A stretch of DNA of 63,898 nt, filler included, from Folioceros fuciformis (Eukaryota): the NCBI GenBank assembly GCA_049999805.1. It is 8 parts of 8 records of this genome, joined end to end, with 100 filler letters (N's around TTAATTAATTAA, not from the genome) between each part and the next. Parts side by side here need not be neighbours in the genome. Positions count along the whole stretch, not along the records: positions 22,500 to 32,810 come from JBNGIO010003473.1; positions 32,911 to 36,231 come from JBNGIO010003474.1; positions 36,332 to 40,587 come from JBNGIO010003475.1; 5 more parts are not named here. One strand, 5' to 3'. The translations under genes were made by a program, and so were the position numbers. The notes beneath the pieces are model-generated. The model searched no databases. It was not told the DNA's origin and worked only from the letters and a program-made list of their open reading frames with translations. Shown here one piece after another: positions 26,599 through 40,274 of this stretch. Numbering within the stretch: the first letter of the stretch is position 1; each line of letters begins with the position of its first letter.

Positions 26599-29500
26599 TC
26601 AGGGCCCCCCGCGCCATAAAACCTTCCTGCAATTCGATGCCCCACAGCGACACCTAATTGTATTTGGATGACGGAGAACACGTCGGACATCATCCATGTT
26701 TTGAGGCACATCCTTTATGCTGTAGTTGTAGTCGTAGCAGAGTTCTGTCCCAGCCCTTATGTCACGATTTGCATACATTCCGATCCGACAGAACTTCTTC
26801 TCGATACTCTCTGTGTATACCCTGCACGTCATAAGGTTCCCATCGCAGCTGCAATAACAGGTAGGGGTCAAAAACATTTCTGGTAACACACATAGTAAGA
26901 GCTTTCCAGAATCAGAATGTCTTCAGAAGACAAAAAACCCCAAAGCGCAGTTTCACCTGTGATTGACGAAACGGGCGACATTTGACATCCTGTGGCCATC
27001 CAGAACAAGGATCTCATCCGGAGGAACATCAGGATGATCCAGATTAAAAAGGCAACTGCTTTCACATCAGCATGCCTTTGCGTCAGATAACGAAAGAAAA
27101 ACAAAATGTAACTGTAACATGCGGCCTTGGATATGAATATCACCTGTGATTATTGGCATCATAAGTTCGACCTCGTTCCTCCGCTTCGTCATGGGTCAAA
27201 AGCTCACCAACGTACTCCACCACAAAGGTTCCTCTGTTGCAATACGACAGTTGTTACCTGCATGGCTTTGCAGAAACACTATCCACCACTGTCTCTGCAA
27301 ATACACTACCTTGCAAGATCATCAATCGTCCGCACACCCCATCCACGATTCGTTGTTTTGAACAACTCTAATCGCACCGTAAGCCCATTTTGAAGCACGC
27401 GGTTCTTGCACATTGAAGGGCAGCACTTGCACCGGAGATTGCACTCTACAACATCTGTTGACTCCCATCCCAACTAGAACAGCAGGAGCCTCATGAGATG
27501 ATAATCAGGAACAAGAATTATAACAGTGGCACAAAGAGGAGATCTTGCACACCTGCAGACGACCATAGTCATCATACGACAAACGTCCATACATTGGCTG
27601 GTGCTGCCAGTCAAATCTCTGGTCATCACACCTTTCACTACTGAGTAGGGGAACATGGACGGATATAGGCGCGAAAGGATCATCAATGGCATATCTTGAA
27701 CACCCATTGCAACCATCCGCTTCCGCTGCCAGTCCTGGACACATTCCCTGTCTCATAACACCACCTGTTTTGAGGTATCTGGCCAATCAAACACCAAAGA
27801 TCTTCCAGGTCATCTTCTCGATTCTCTCCAGTTTACAAATCAGGACAAGGTATTAGACCTCACAATCTCACCTGCATTTTATTATGTACTTGATCCTTGG
27901 TAGCGGTTCATTGTCCACATCGTTGGTGCAGGGAATTGGCACAACCTCTTGCCCTTCACTGAGGTCTAGACAGATCAACTTCTTTCCTATATAGTTTCCT
28001 GCAAAACAGCCCAATCCAACAAAACTCGTCAGTATGAGAAACAACCTTTCCCACCCCACCATATTAGAGCCATCATGACTTGATGCAAACACATCATCCA
28101 CAGGAAGCTAAGCAACAAACCCACACACCAAGTAACATTCCATCACAAAGGCCAGTTGAACAGGCAACAACAGCCTTACCTGCATAAGTAAGAATTCTCA
28201 ACTCTGTTGCCAGTTTGACAGGAGCTTCACAAACAATGTCTATGTGCTGATGGTCCTTACATGCAACCGCCACACTACACCCTTCCCACATGCGCAGCTG
28301 TAGCCTGCTTGCGAGCAGGTCTGCACAGGGGTAGTGAAAACTTTTCCTGCATCGCCCAACGCGACATCCAAGAGTGGCGCCAAACTTCTGACAGTGTGCA
28401 CACTTCTGCTTCACCAAAACGACACTTCAATCAGGTGAGCAAAACCAATCATGTCCCACACTTGTCCCACTGCTAATTGAGGTTGGCTCCAAGATGGTGA
28501 GGATTCTTTGACCCCATGCCCACATGGCTGCCCGTGTTAAGTTTGGTGCAAAAGGAGCATACCAGCAACAGGCCACGCCTTACAGCCACAGAGAGGTCTT
28601 GCATATAGTGGTCCTGCTCTACAACCTGCCAAAAACACTATAAGGCAGACCGATTAGAATTCCACCCCCAGTGACAATCCCCTAATATCACATGCTTAAT
28701 AAACAGGTATGCACCTCCGCTGACCATATAGCACACATCCGGTGAACATAACCACCCAGTACTCGAGGAAGTGGCTTATTGGATTTTTGAGGCCACTTCA
28801 ACCGACTGAAAAAATGACACAATCCCGTTAGCTTGCCGGTCAAGACATGGACACCTTAACCAAACTCTGCAGTTGATGACATAAGCCAGGCAACTACTAG
28901 GCAGGAAAAAAAGAGGTCTCCGCTGAGTAAAACTTGAGTGCGTGGCTATCAGTGTATAACATGTCTTCATTCGCTGTCTGCGTGGGCATCCCTCTGGAGG
29001 AGGGAAGAGAGTAGGATGAAGGTGAGCTCACCTTTCAGGAAGACACAAGCAACGCGATTTTATCATGCCACAGCACCATGCATACCACTCTCCATACGCC
29101 AATGATGGACCATTCCCACACAAGTCACATGTAACCCATGCGGACCACTTTCCTTCCTCAACGGAGGAATTTGATACCAAGTATTCATTGCTCTGCTGAA
29201 GTGGTGGTGGTGGGCGCACACCAAAATCTTTTCCTGAGTAGAAACGGACAGACCCTGATCGTTAAAATCTGAAACTGTAGTTCAGTTCTGCTCAGGAGGA
29301 GACACAAACTGATTGCCAAGAGTCATTCACCCTGGCCAGCTTGTCCACAAAATGACCTCAAAGATAAGATGAAAGCATAATTAAGACAGGAGCATCGTAC
29401 TTGTGGATACCGTCAAACCCAGACTCTGCTGGGTTCTCTCATGGTGCACAGTTTGTTTATGTTCGTGAGCGTGATGTGTCTGATACCAAGGCTTACCACG

Positions 29501-32500
29501 GCTCTTTTTATCGTACCTTCCAGTCCAAGATTGCCATTCATATTTCACCTGGCCTTTGTCCTCAACCGCGTTATCCAACCTGCTGCTGACCTTTTTCCCC
29601 TCCAAGGTTTGACCCTTGCTGTCTCTTACTATTTTGGCTTGTCGTATCTGGCTGAATCTTTGACTATCGGCTTGGGAGCTCTTCGATCTCTCTCTTATTT
29701 CATCATCGCTTGAATCAGATAGGACTATGGCGACAGCATCACGGCCAGCAGATTTCAGTGCTGGACTCTCGAGATTCCTTTGTGCTTTCACAGACATTGA
29801 AGACGAGCAAGTTTGCTTGTCGTTTCCAACTTTGACCCCAGCTTGATTGTGTCCCTTGGGGTAAGTGCACCTAGGTGAAGCCTTCTTCCTGGCCTTCTTT
29901 TCACTACTTTCACTGTTCAGGATGGATGATCTCGAGTTGGGCGTCCTTTCAGAGCCAGCCAGGCCCTCATCCAGTTTATTTTTCTTTCCCACCCTCTTTT
30001 CACTACCTGTACTGGTCAGGATGTATGATCTGGCGTTGGAGTTTCTTTCGACACCATCCAGATCCGCGTCCAACTTACTGTTCCTTCGTGCTTTGTTTTC
30101 CCCACTTGTACTTTCTACATTCTGTGATGTGGAGTTCGGCGCTCTACAGGAACCATCCATTTCCACATCTGGGTTACTGTCCCTTCGTGCCCTCTTGTCA
30201 CTAGATATCCTTTCCTGCATCTGTGATCTCGTGTTGGGCGCTCTTTCCACACAACGGACGGAGTTTGGCGCTCTAGAAGAACCATCCAAATCCACGTCCA
30301 GGTTCCTGTCCCTTCGTGCTCTCTTGACGTTAGATGTCCTGTCCTGCATATGTGATCTCGTGTTGGGCGCTCTTTCCACACCACGGACGGAGTTTGGCGC
30401 TCCATAGGAACCATCCAGATCCACGTCGAGGTTACTGTCCCTTCGTGCCCTCTTGTCACTAGATGTCCTGTCCTGCATACTTGACCTCTCCACACCACGG
30501 AGATGCACTTCAAGCTTACTGTTCCTCTGCTCTGTTACCTCTCCATATGCAGATGATGACAAACTCCTATCATCGCATATAGATCTCAGTTTACCATTGA
30601 ACTCCTGACCCACCGTTCCTGGCATACCTTTGATGAGGTTGAGCTGAATGGATGTTTGGATGGAACACATGTCAGAACTGAGATTTAATTCATCGTGCGC
30701 ACTATGCGCACTTTCTCCACAACGTACATCCTGAGATGAAATCGCTTGTGCAGATCCTTCATCTGAAATCGTAAAATCGGCCTTCACGCCAACCCCGCCA
30801 ACTAGAACGAATCTGCCATTCTGCACCTGTGTCTCATCTGTGAAGGTGTTACTCTCCTCAGATTTGATAGTTTCAACACAACCATTGGTTAAAGGTGCTT
30901 GTCCCAGTACTACCGCACTATCCTGATCTTCGCATCTTTGGCTACTTGTGTTCAACTCACACTTCAGTCCAAACTCCAGTGGAGGTTTGAAGCTTTTGCA
31001 AGCAGTATGCATTCCACTGCCTTCATTCTCCTCACCTACACATGGCCCCCACGCTTCAGGAAGTTGGGTGGCACAGGTGACTTCCACATCAACAAGTTCG
31101 CATGCACCACTGCTTGTTGTATCCGCGTCACTCACAGCGGCTTCCGCATCAAGAGAATCTCTTTTCCTTTTGAGCGAAGTCTGGCAACTGCGACCACCTC
31201 CAATGACCGGCAAGTTCATCTCTTGCTGGAGGCCAGTTTGTGCGCTTTCATCTTGATGAAGACAATTATCCACACATTCTTCACAAGCTTCTACAACATG
31301 TTGTCCCGGCATCACAAAATGCTTCCACCCATCACAAATATTTGGGAAGGTACTAAGGAGGGTACCAATTGGACCCTCAGAAGTGCGATGCGTCCGAACG
31401 TCTGAGCGAGGGAACGCAGCACAATATCGAGGAGTTCCAACATTCCCCATGAACGGGCCCACTAGCTTTGTAAGCCAACCATCAGAAGACAACACCTTTT
31501 GTTTCTCCAATCTTCGGCTGGAATGCAAACTAGAAGCTGCTACTGTCTGCCAGCCTTGAGCTAGCTTAGAAGGAAACGGTTGAACGTGGGCATCCATAAC
31601 CGTAGTGGCAGACTGCGATGAGTCTACAGGTCCTGTTACATAATCTTGTTCTTGAGGAGGACTGGTGTCCACGTCTGAATTCGTATCCGACTTTCCACCT
31701 GCGTCTTCCTCATGGAAGTCGTCCCCCCCAGAATTTGCATCGGGTCTCAAGAAACGACCAGCTGAGGGTAAGTCTGCACCATCCTTTACCATGAGCACGC
31801 ATGCAACTTCTTCTGTAGCATGCGACCTCCTCTTCAGATCCTGACTCGATTCCTCTCCATCAAGGGGACTTGGACTCGACATAATTAAGCCTGCACGAAG
31901 CGAGAACTGGGAGGCTCCTACTAACACCCCACCCGAGGAAAATCCGGTGACAACCGAAAGTTCGGCGACCCAATTTGCCAGTCGGCGCACTATAAGCTTC
32001 CAGCAGATCTCAGTATGCAGCTTTTGGTCCAAGCAATGCATGTACCTCAACGATTTACACGGCGGGAGCGGTTTCTTGATCCCCAAGTCCATACATTCAT
32101 CCTGGCAGGGGCCAAAGCCTCCTAGAAAAAGGCTCTGACCATAAGACCCCGCAGGCTCAAGCCGAGAACCAGAAGAAGCGTCAGGGCCTAGGCCAGAAGC
32201 ATCCTCAACATTCTCTGCATCTGCACACACACCTCCTCCTACGTTGTCCCGAACAGTGCTATCTCCCGTGCCACTCTGCTCCGAAGCAGCAAACTCGGGC
32301 AGGAACTCACTCACCCGAGAGCCCGCTCGACCAACAACATTCAAAACTGCCAAAACAAGGTGCATGTAAGATGGCTTTGAACACACAAAGTGCGGCCGAC
32401 GAGGAAAAGAAAGAGCACAGACACTGGCCTCGCATAACCTGCCTAACAAGATCACTCCAACCTGTATCTTGACCTTCCGCGCGCCTATCCCTACCCGCAC

Positions 32501-32602
32501 CCGTCCCCGCCCAGGAGCGATCCACTTCCCGCAGCTGCGGAATCCAGGACACAAAATCCAGCATTCCCCCAGCGGAGGCGGGTGCGTCCGAGAGCGCGCC
32601 AT
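26599..32602 (-). CDS. SET-domain histone-lysine methyltransferase (SUV39/SUVR-like pre-SET, SET and post-SET) with an extended PHD (zf-HC5HC2H-like) finger and a long disordered N-terminus; start uncertain (ATG at 31882 or upstream)
   Basis: ePHD-like motifs CDLC..VHRMCAIWSAEV..KCAHCQKFGATLGCRVGRCRKSFHYPCA. Pre-SET DLSEGQEVVPIPCTNDVD and ECNLRCKC..CKNRVLQNG. SET RGWGVRT, FVVEYVGE, NVARFVNH and ELCYDY. Post-SET CRCGASNCRKVL. Many short GT-AG introns. Confidence 0.85.
30120..30500 (-). repeat. 129-bp (43-aa) coding tandem repeat, ~3 copies plus degenerate copies
   Basis: Repeated peptide VERAPNTRSHMQDRTSNVKRARRDRNLDVDLDGSSRAPNSVRC. Confidence 0.85.
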
Positions 32603-33969
32603 CCAATACAGCAGGCAATTTGCACGCCCGGCGATACATGAGCCACGGCTGGTCGCTCCTCATGAAGGCGCAGAAGCTGTCAGTGAGGCGGCGCTTGAAT
32701 TGGCGGAAACCGACATCGTCTTGGTGCTGGTGGTGGCACGAAGAGTCCGCGGCGGCCTCCTCCTCCTCCTGCACTGGCCGCCGCCCCATTTCCTCACAAT
32801 TCCCAAGACCNNNNNNNNNNNNNNNNNNNNNNNNNNNNNNNNNNNNNNNNNNNNTTAATTAATTAANNNNNNNNNNNNNNNNNNNNNNNNNNNNNNNNNN
32901 NNNNNNNNNNGCCTGGAGTTGGGCTGGGCTGGACAGGGCCTGGAGTTGGGCTGGGCTTGGGGCTGGGCTTAATCCCTGACCTCACACCGCGTGTCGTTAG
33001 CAGTGCAAGACGCGGGGTTTAACTTGTCACCTGTGCCTCTCCGAGGGGAGGCATATGCCCGCAGCACTTAATTTCGTGTCTAGCAAGCACAGACATCCGG
33101 GCAGAAAGATGGCGCGAGGCCCAGGCCCAAGCCCAGCTCCAGCCGAGCTAAGCCCGAAAGCCCGGTAACAAGCGGACAAATGCTTGCCATGAAAACCCGG
33201 CTGCCATTACTCCCACCGCGGGCCCCAAAGCCCCCCTTTGAAACCAAGCTCCTGGCGTGGCCACCCCACCCCGTTTCCCAACACCCGCGCCCGCTCTGCG
33301 CAACACGGGCTTTCACACAAATAAGACTATGTACAGTGTAAAAGAAATCCGTCACCGAGGATTCTTCCCCAGCCTCCGCCACAGCTCCCGCTCCCGCTCC
33401 CGCCCCGTAGAAACACTCTCTCGCACACTTGGGACAAGGTCTCGCACTCCGACTCGTACATGGACAGACACACCACGCACAGGGGAGCTGTGACTTCTCA
33501 GTCAGAAAATATAATTGCCGAGTACTTATGAAATAGCCACATATACAAAGTGATCGCGTCACACACACTATGCTGCCTTCTCTACAAGCGACAGGAGTGG
33601 AAAGAGGTGGCAGTAGCTGGGCTGAGAGGTATCCATCCCCCAGGCAAGCATTCCTACCCTCTTAGTCTACAAAACTTAACAGCATGAGTGATGAAACTCA
33701 ACTCAACTCAAAACTGGCTGGCTGGCTGGCTGCCCGACTGCAGGTTGCAAGCAGCTAAAGAGTCACAAGAGTGAGGGCACAGGGCACATCAGGGTTGCAT
33801 CAAAATGTTGGGGGGCGATTGCAGCTGCTCAGAAGAGACAACTTCTGAGCAGAGAAGCAGCCAATGTCATACTAACAAATCGTGCGTTTGGTAAAAATGT
33901 ACCAATCTTAACATGAAAGAAGGGGCAAAAAATTTAGGCGGGTGGCTCAGGCATCAACTGCCAGATCTC

Positions 33970-34210
33970 TTCTAAGACTCTCGTCTTCCTCGACGTTTCT
34001 TCTCCTTCTCTTCCTCCTTCACTGTCCTCCTTCCTCTTGAGTGCTTCACCTTCGTCACGGGCATTTTCTTCTCGTTCCTCTCTACCTCCTGCAGCTCTTC
34101 TTCTTCTTCTTCTTCCATCTTCTTCATCATCTTCTTCTTCTTCTCACTCCTTCTTCTCCTTCGCCATCTCCTTCTCCTCCTCCTCTTCCTCCTCCTCCTC
34201 CTCCTTCTAC
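33970..34210. repeat. CT/CTT/CCT-rich low-complexity tract
   Basis: Runs of (CTT)n and (CCT)n downstream of the ERF stop codon. Confidence 0.7.
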
Positions 34211-34334
34211 GTCATGCCATGGTCCTCGCGGAATGCTAACTCATAAAAGAATGGAACCAGCTCTGCGCTTCGCTTTCTATACAAAACAGCATCGTCATCA
34301 ACCAAGCTCTCCAGCGGTACGAAGAGAGTGGTCA

Positions 34335-35794
34335 TCAAGCTCGGCTGCACAGCGGCAGGGTAGGCCCATTGACCCAACCATACAGCAGAGGAGTAGGCTT
34401 GTACTCGAACTCCGCACTGTCAGCAGCGGCGGCACCCACGGGAGCAACAACTCCCGCTCCACTCGCAACCCCTCCTCCAGGGACACCCGAAGCCTGCTTG
34501 TACTCATACACCAAGTTGGCCTTGGTGAAGGGCATGAGGCGGTGCTGGGGGCCGTGGGTCGAAACCGGCAGCATGCCCTGCTTTAAGTCGTAGGACGCCA
34601 CCAGGGGATGCTGGTCTCTGGTGGTTGCCACCTGCAGCACGGATCCCACATGCAGCCCCGATCCGGCGCTGCGCAGAGACGAGGTGTTGTAGAGAGTGGA
34701 GCCGCCATTGTGGAGAGTGGATCCATTGTACAGCCCGGATCCGTTGTCCTCAAATCCGGATGGAGAGCCGGAAGCGGAACCCGAGCCAGAGCCGGAGCCG
34801 GTCCCAGGCTCTTCCACGCTGTTGGATTCGTCGTTGCAGGAGGGCGGCAGATTGAGGTCGAGGAAGGGCATGGAGCGGCTGAGCGGCGGCTTCACGTCCT
34901 GCGGGGATCCCACCTCCGCATCCACAATAACAGAGGAAGAGGAATCACAATCGGAGTGGCAGGCCCTGAGCTGCTCCATGCTGGGATGCGTGAACACCTT
35001 GCCGGTAGGCATCCAGGGACGGCCGACCACCTCCTTCCGGTCCCCAGGCAGAGCGGACGGTAGCGCCGCCGTCATCCCCTTCTTGGTCGTTTTGGGTCTC
35101 TTGTCCAGGTGCACGTGCGCCGTCACTTCCTCCAGGATAGAGTTCCCGGCGCGCTGCTTGGACATTGCGCCGCTCACTACATCCAGCGGGCTGCGGTACG
35201 AAGACCGATTCACGCTTCCGCTCTTGTGCGGCTCGTCAGCGGAGCTGAAGTCGTTGACACTGATGTTGAGATCAATTTGAGAGCGCCAAGAATCGGTCTG
35301 GCCCGGGCCAGGTCCCGCTGCAGCTGCCGCTCCGGGCGCGGTCCCGGCTCCAGGAGCTCCCGGCGCGTTGAGGCCGGCAAGGGCGGGCGCGGCTCCAGGC
35401 CCGGCCCCGGCCCCGGCCGAGCGTAACAGGTTCTTGGGACTGCTCCAGGATTCCACCGTGGAGCTCTGGCTGGTGCTCTGGTCATCGCAAGGTGCGGAGA
35501 AATTGGTCTTGGCCTTGGCTCCCCGCAGCGAGCGCGCGGCGGTGTCGTAGGCTCTGGCCGCCTCCTCCGCGGTATCGAACGTCCCAAGCCACACTCTCGT
35601 TTTCTTCCAGGGGNNNNNNNNNNNNNNNNNNNNNNNNNNNNNNNNNNNNNNNNNNNNNNNNNNNNNNNNNNNNNNNNNNNNNNNNNNNNNNNNNNNNNNN
35701 NNNNNNNNNNNNNCACTCCACGGAAATGAGTCCCTTGCTCTCCACCAGCCGCCTTGGCTCCCGCCCCCTGCTGGTGCTCCTCTCTCTGAGCCAT
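34335..35794 (-). CDS. AP2/ERF transcription factor, group VIII (ERF3/ERF4-like EAR repressor), intronless; the AP2 domain is partly hidden by the N gap at 35614-35713
   Basis: HFRGV[gap][38 protein letters not shown], then [25 protein letters not shown] and the EAR motif FLDLNLPP. Confidence 0.9.
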
Positions 35795-38700
35795 GCCACA
35801 CACGAGAGCGGCTCTGTTCGCTTCCTCCACGGGCGATCACTCGCTCTTCCCGAGTCCCTCAACCTCGCACACCGCACTCACTCACTGCACTCCGCTCACT
35901 CTACACCGCTCCACTCTACTCCACTCACCGCGACACAGCACAGCGCAGCGCAGATGAAGAAGAAGAAGCTTGACAGAAGGGAAACGAAGAAGCAGAACGA
36001 ACACCCGCCGCCTCCAAGAAACAAGCTCAGAGCTCGGGTCCGGGAGCCGGAAACAATGGAAGGAAGCAAGAGCAGGCAGCAGGATGATAGGCAGGGGTTG
36101 CAAGGAGGGACAGTGGCGACTAAGCGGCAGCGATGGCACAGGAAGAGGGGGCTAGATGGCTGCGCAAGAGGCAGCAGCGGCAGCGGCAGTGGTGGTCACA
36201 TAAATTGCGAGAGCAGCGCAATCGGATGCAGNNNNNNNNNNNNNNNNNNNNNNNNNNNNNNNNNNNNNNNNNNNNTTAATTAATTAANNNNNNNNNNNNN
36301 NNNNNNNNNNNNNNNNNNNNNNNNNNNNNNNAAGCCGGGGCTGACCCTTGGCCTTTGCCAGAACAGCGCCGATGCTGTGCGCGTAAATGCGGGGAAGCGG
36401 GCGCAATAATACCCATAAAAGAAGATGCCGGTTACCTTGAAAGGAGAGGAAGGAAGGGAAGTGGAAGTGGAAGAGGAAGTGCCTGCAGGATGCACAGCAA
36501 CAGGGAAGGGAACAGAACAGCAACACGTCGGGGAAGGCGGAGTGGGCTTGCGCTTTCTTCCTTGTTGTTGTTGCCGGAGTCTCGGGGGGGATTCACGTTG
36601 GAGCACGTCCCGTCGGCCAGGCCACACCCCCGCACCCGTTCTCGCCTCACCCCTCCCGCGTTGTCTGCTCCGCTGGGAATCGGATCCCGGAACTGGGGCA
36701 TGCCATGGCGTGGCGCCTTTGACTGTGTCGTCTACTGCGCTGGAGGAACTATTTGACCGGGGCATCCAAGTGGAGTCGGCAGGGCCAGAACATGCTGGTG
36801 GCGTCGCGGCACGTCGGCCNNNNNNNNNNNNNNNNNNNNNNNNNNNNNNNNNNNNNNNNNNNNNNNNNNNNNNNNNNNNNNNNNNNNNNNNNNNNNNNNN
36901 NNNNNNNNNNNNNNNNNNNGCTCAAGAGGCGGGCCAGGGCAAGGCCAAGGCCAAGGCCAAAGGGGCCCAGGCCCAGGCTATGCACGGTGCTTATACATGG
37001 GAACATGCTGCCTTTACGCTTATGGCTATCGCTGTGGCTTGGCTTGGCCTGCTGTAAGCTGTTGCTGTTCTCATCGGCCCCGGGTACCGTGCTACTTTAC
37101 GCAAGATGGAGATCGTATTTCATGCCTTGCTGGTAGCCGTACTACTACCCAGGAGGAGGGAGCTGTATGCAGTAGAGACTGCAACCAGGCAGCGAGATAC
37201 TGCTCCTGCTCCTGCTGCACGTTTGTCGAGATCAGCATGACATCGCCATGGCTTTGCTTATGTACAACATAAAAAGGTCACTAGCATACATGTAAAGCGT
37301 CTTGCAGGCAGGCAGTGCAGGGTAGGGGGAGCGGATCAACTAGTAGCTTGATCTGCGCATGTGACATGGATTGCGCCAACTGCCACATGACACCGCCAGC
37401 AAGTGCGCTAAAAGGCCAGTCAACACCAACTAACCTGCCTGCTTTGCTTTCTGCATTCGCGAACACATGCGCCCGGGCATCCCTTCTGACAGGAATCGAG
37501 GTCTAATATGACTTGTAAAGCTGGCCCGGCCCCGTGGGACACCCTGGCTGCGGACTCTCAAGTCGCAACAGAGCACACACTCTTGCAGGACCATGCTTGC
37601 ATTGCCTTTCAGTTACCTGCATTGCACATGAATCTGCTCTGCTATTCTTGGCTCGCCGTGATCACAAAACCTTGTTTTAGGTCGCTGCAGACGGCATGAA
37701 TCCAAGCTTACTACCCCATTGTGTCAGTCCGCTTCCCAGCTGTCAGGGGAAGAAAGAATCTCAATTTGACTGCATGAGGAATTATGCTCTCGGCCCCAAG
37801 CCAAGCATTCGGGAGGTGGGATTTCCAGGAGGCCCTGGAAATCACCCGACCCAAGAGGAAAGCTCTCTGGGAGTGGAATGCATGCTACCGGCTAAGGCAG
37901 CATCTGAACATGTTGGATCTCAAGAGAGCATTTCATACATTGGTAGGCAGAATCCGGAGCTGAACACGAGCTCTGTTTTACACTTCCCAGCGTACGCTCA
38001 GCGCAGCCCGAATCTCTCGGTTCTGAACCGTGGATGATGATGACTTCGCCATGCTGTCATCCGATTTGCGAGGTTTTTCCTTTGCCTTACTGTGCAAAGG
38101 CCGCGTAGTCCATGCAGCCGGCGGCCCCTAAGCTGAGACAACACAGCTGATAAAATGTTCCTATTAACCTTGCCTGTTTGCACACCAAGGTGCAGAGTTC
38201 ACCAACTTCGCAAAACCAGACGGAAGACAGGCATCAGTGCCTTTGCACGACTTGTTCTTAAGACTGTTGTTGTCTTTCGCTGCGTATCGCGGCATGCGCC
38301 TCGGCCTCGGCATGATCCGTTAACTGGTGCTCAAGTAAAGTACAGTATGTGGCACCTTGGATCCTAACATAGGGTCCAACTACATGCTTCCAGCAGGCTG
38401 GAATTTCCTGTGCCTCAGTCCGGGCCCGGCATGTCCACGACGACGAACCATCAAACCTCCATTCCAGTGTTTGCAAGCGCTCGAAGTAGAAGTGTAGTGG
38501 TGTGGTTGGTGATCTCCTTCCTGAATCATGCCTTCCAGGGGTAAGTCCCTGCAGGAACGTACTGATCTCTCTTTTCAGGTTGGTTAGGACTAGACCACCG
38601 GTGGTCGGAGGAGGCGCAGGTGCCTTCGTCGCGCCGCGACCGAACTGAATGAAAGGCGTGCTGGAAACCAAACCACCTCCGCTCCGAGCAGTCCTGTCAA

Positions 38701-40274
38701 CCCGATGAGCCACGGACATGATTCATAACTTGCTAGAGAAGCAACACCTGTAACTTTTGAAGTACGTACATTTAAGATGAGCTTGGAAGACTTGAAAGTA
38801 CGGCATGGACGCATGTGCAAGGCAACTGTAAGCGGGTACACACCTGATGCGCAAGAGCTGGCACACCAGACACACTACTATCATACACAAAGTGGAAAGA
38901 AACAAACCTGCTCTGGTCTGACTGTAACAGGTCGTGACGCCATGAGATTACGGGGCCTAGTTTTATTTTGTTTCGACCAAGCTGCCTCTGCCTACCCTAC
39001 CGCCATCTCCCATTTTGCCAGACATCTGCCTTCTCGCCTCGTACTGCGCCGTTCCATATACAGAGGTGAACATTCGTTTCCGCAATGCATTCCAAGCAAA
39101 TTGCAATCCGAACGCACCCGGCAGGCGAGGCAAACCGAGGGGCTCTTGAAAGCTCGATACGGTCTATAGCTAGAGCCATGGAAACGCTCACGATCGCCCA
39201 TTCCAGGCGTCGCCCTGCAGGCTGTCGACATGCCGCATTACAAGGCCCGCATCTGGTCCGAACGCTTTCAGATTCAAACGGTGGACTATGTGTATGTATT
39301 TTTTCAATCCAACTGTTCGGTGTGCGTGAGGGAGGGCTTGATTTGCTTGCTTGCATGTAGTAATCTTGTTCCACTCTTGATGAAAACGTTCACTGACTCA
39401 CTCAGAATATCAAAGGCTGTGCCCACAGTCCACATGTTTGCTTCGTGTTAGTCAGCCTTGGTAAGCAAGTAAGTACGTACATACTTATTAGACTCACGAA
39501 TAATGACATACATAAAATAAACAGTTTTGAATTTGAAATATAAGATTACTTAAAAAAGGATAGAATTATTCTACTGCAATTTGGAAAAAATCACATGTTA
39601 GAAAATTTGAACTAGAGGAGCGGAGGCGGGCCCGAAACCATGGCTTCCCACGGTGTATCTCTCTCTCTGTGCGGAGGTGAGTCCTTCGTCGTTTTGTCGA
39701 ATCGGGTGAAACGTCAGCCTACGTTTCCAGAGGAAAGGATTCTTGAAGTTCGCGTTCTTTCGACCTTCCCACCTACTCAGTCAGTAGTGAGTCAAATTCC
39801 AGCCGTGTACTCATGACCTTCTTCAAGCTCGTTCTTACCATGATATTTCTTGTGACGTGGGGCTACTCTGGGGAGCTAAGTAAACCCTCCAGTTCAGTTG
39901 ATGAACCACTCAAGGGGTGGTGTCCAGGGGACGGACGGCGTGTCTACGCCATCCTCCTCATCAATGTAGAAACATTCCATCAACTCTTCACGGCAAGAGA
40001 ATCATGAACAACGGTGAACCCTGCCACATCCGGCCGGCCGACCTTGTTAGTAGGCTTCGTTGGAGACTGCGCACTTGTACCAACCAGGCCCAGGCCCAGG
40101 CCCAGGCCAAGTTGCTCCCAAATAAACAAAGCCTCTTAAGATCCTTGAGGTGTGCCAGGTCCAAGTCTTATAGGGTGGGTTCGCGTCCAACCGGGTGAAA
40201 CTAGTACGCCCACTCCTATCTGGTGCCCCAGCACCTTACAAATTGGTCATCACAAGTCACCGCTACGTCGAGTG

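Noticed and set aside
34037-34586. Ser/Pro/Leu-rich ORFs downstream of the ERF gene
   Set aside because: They arise from CT-rich microsatellite sequence and antisense overlap.
36332-40270. Numerous short ORFs in this contig
   Set aside because: I could not build a recognisable domain or consistent exon chain. This is probably regulatory or intergenic sequence, although a hidden gene or ncRNA cannot be excluded.
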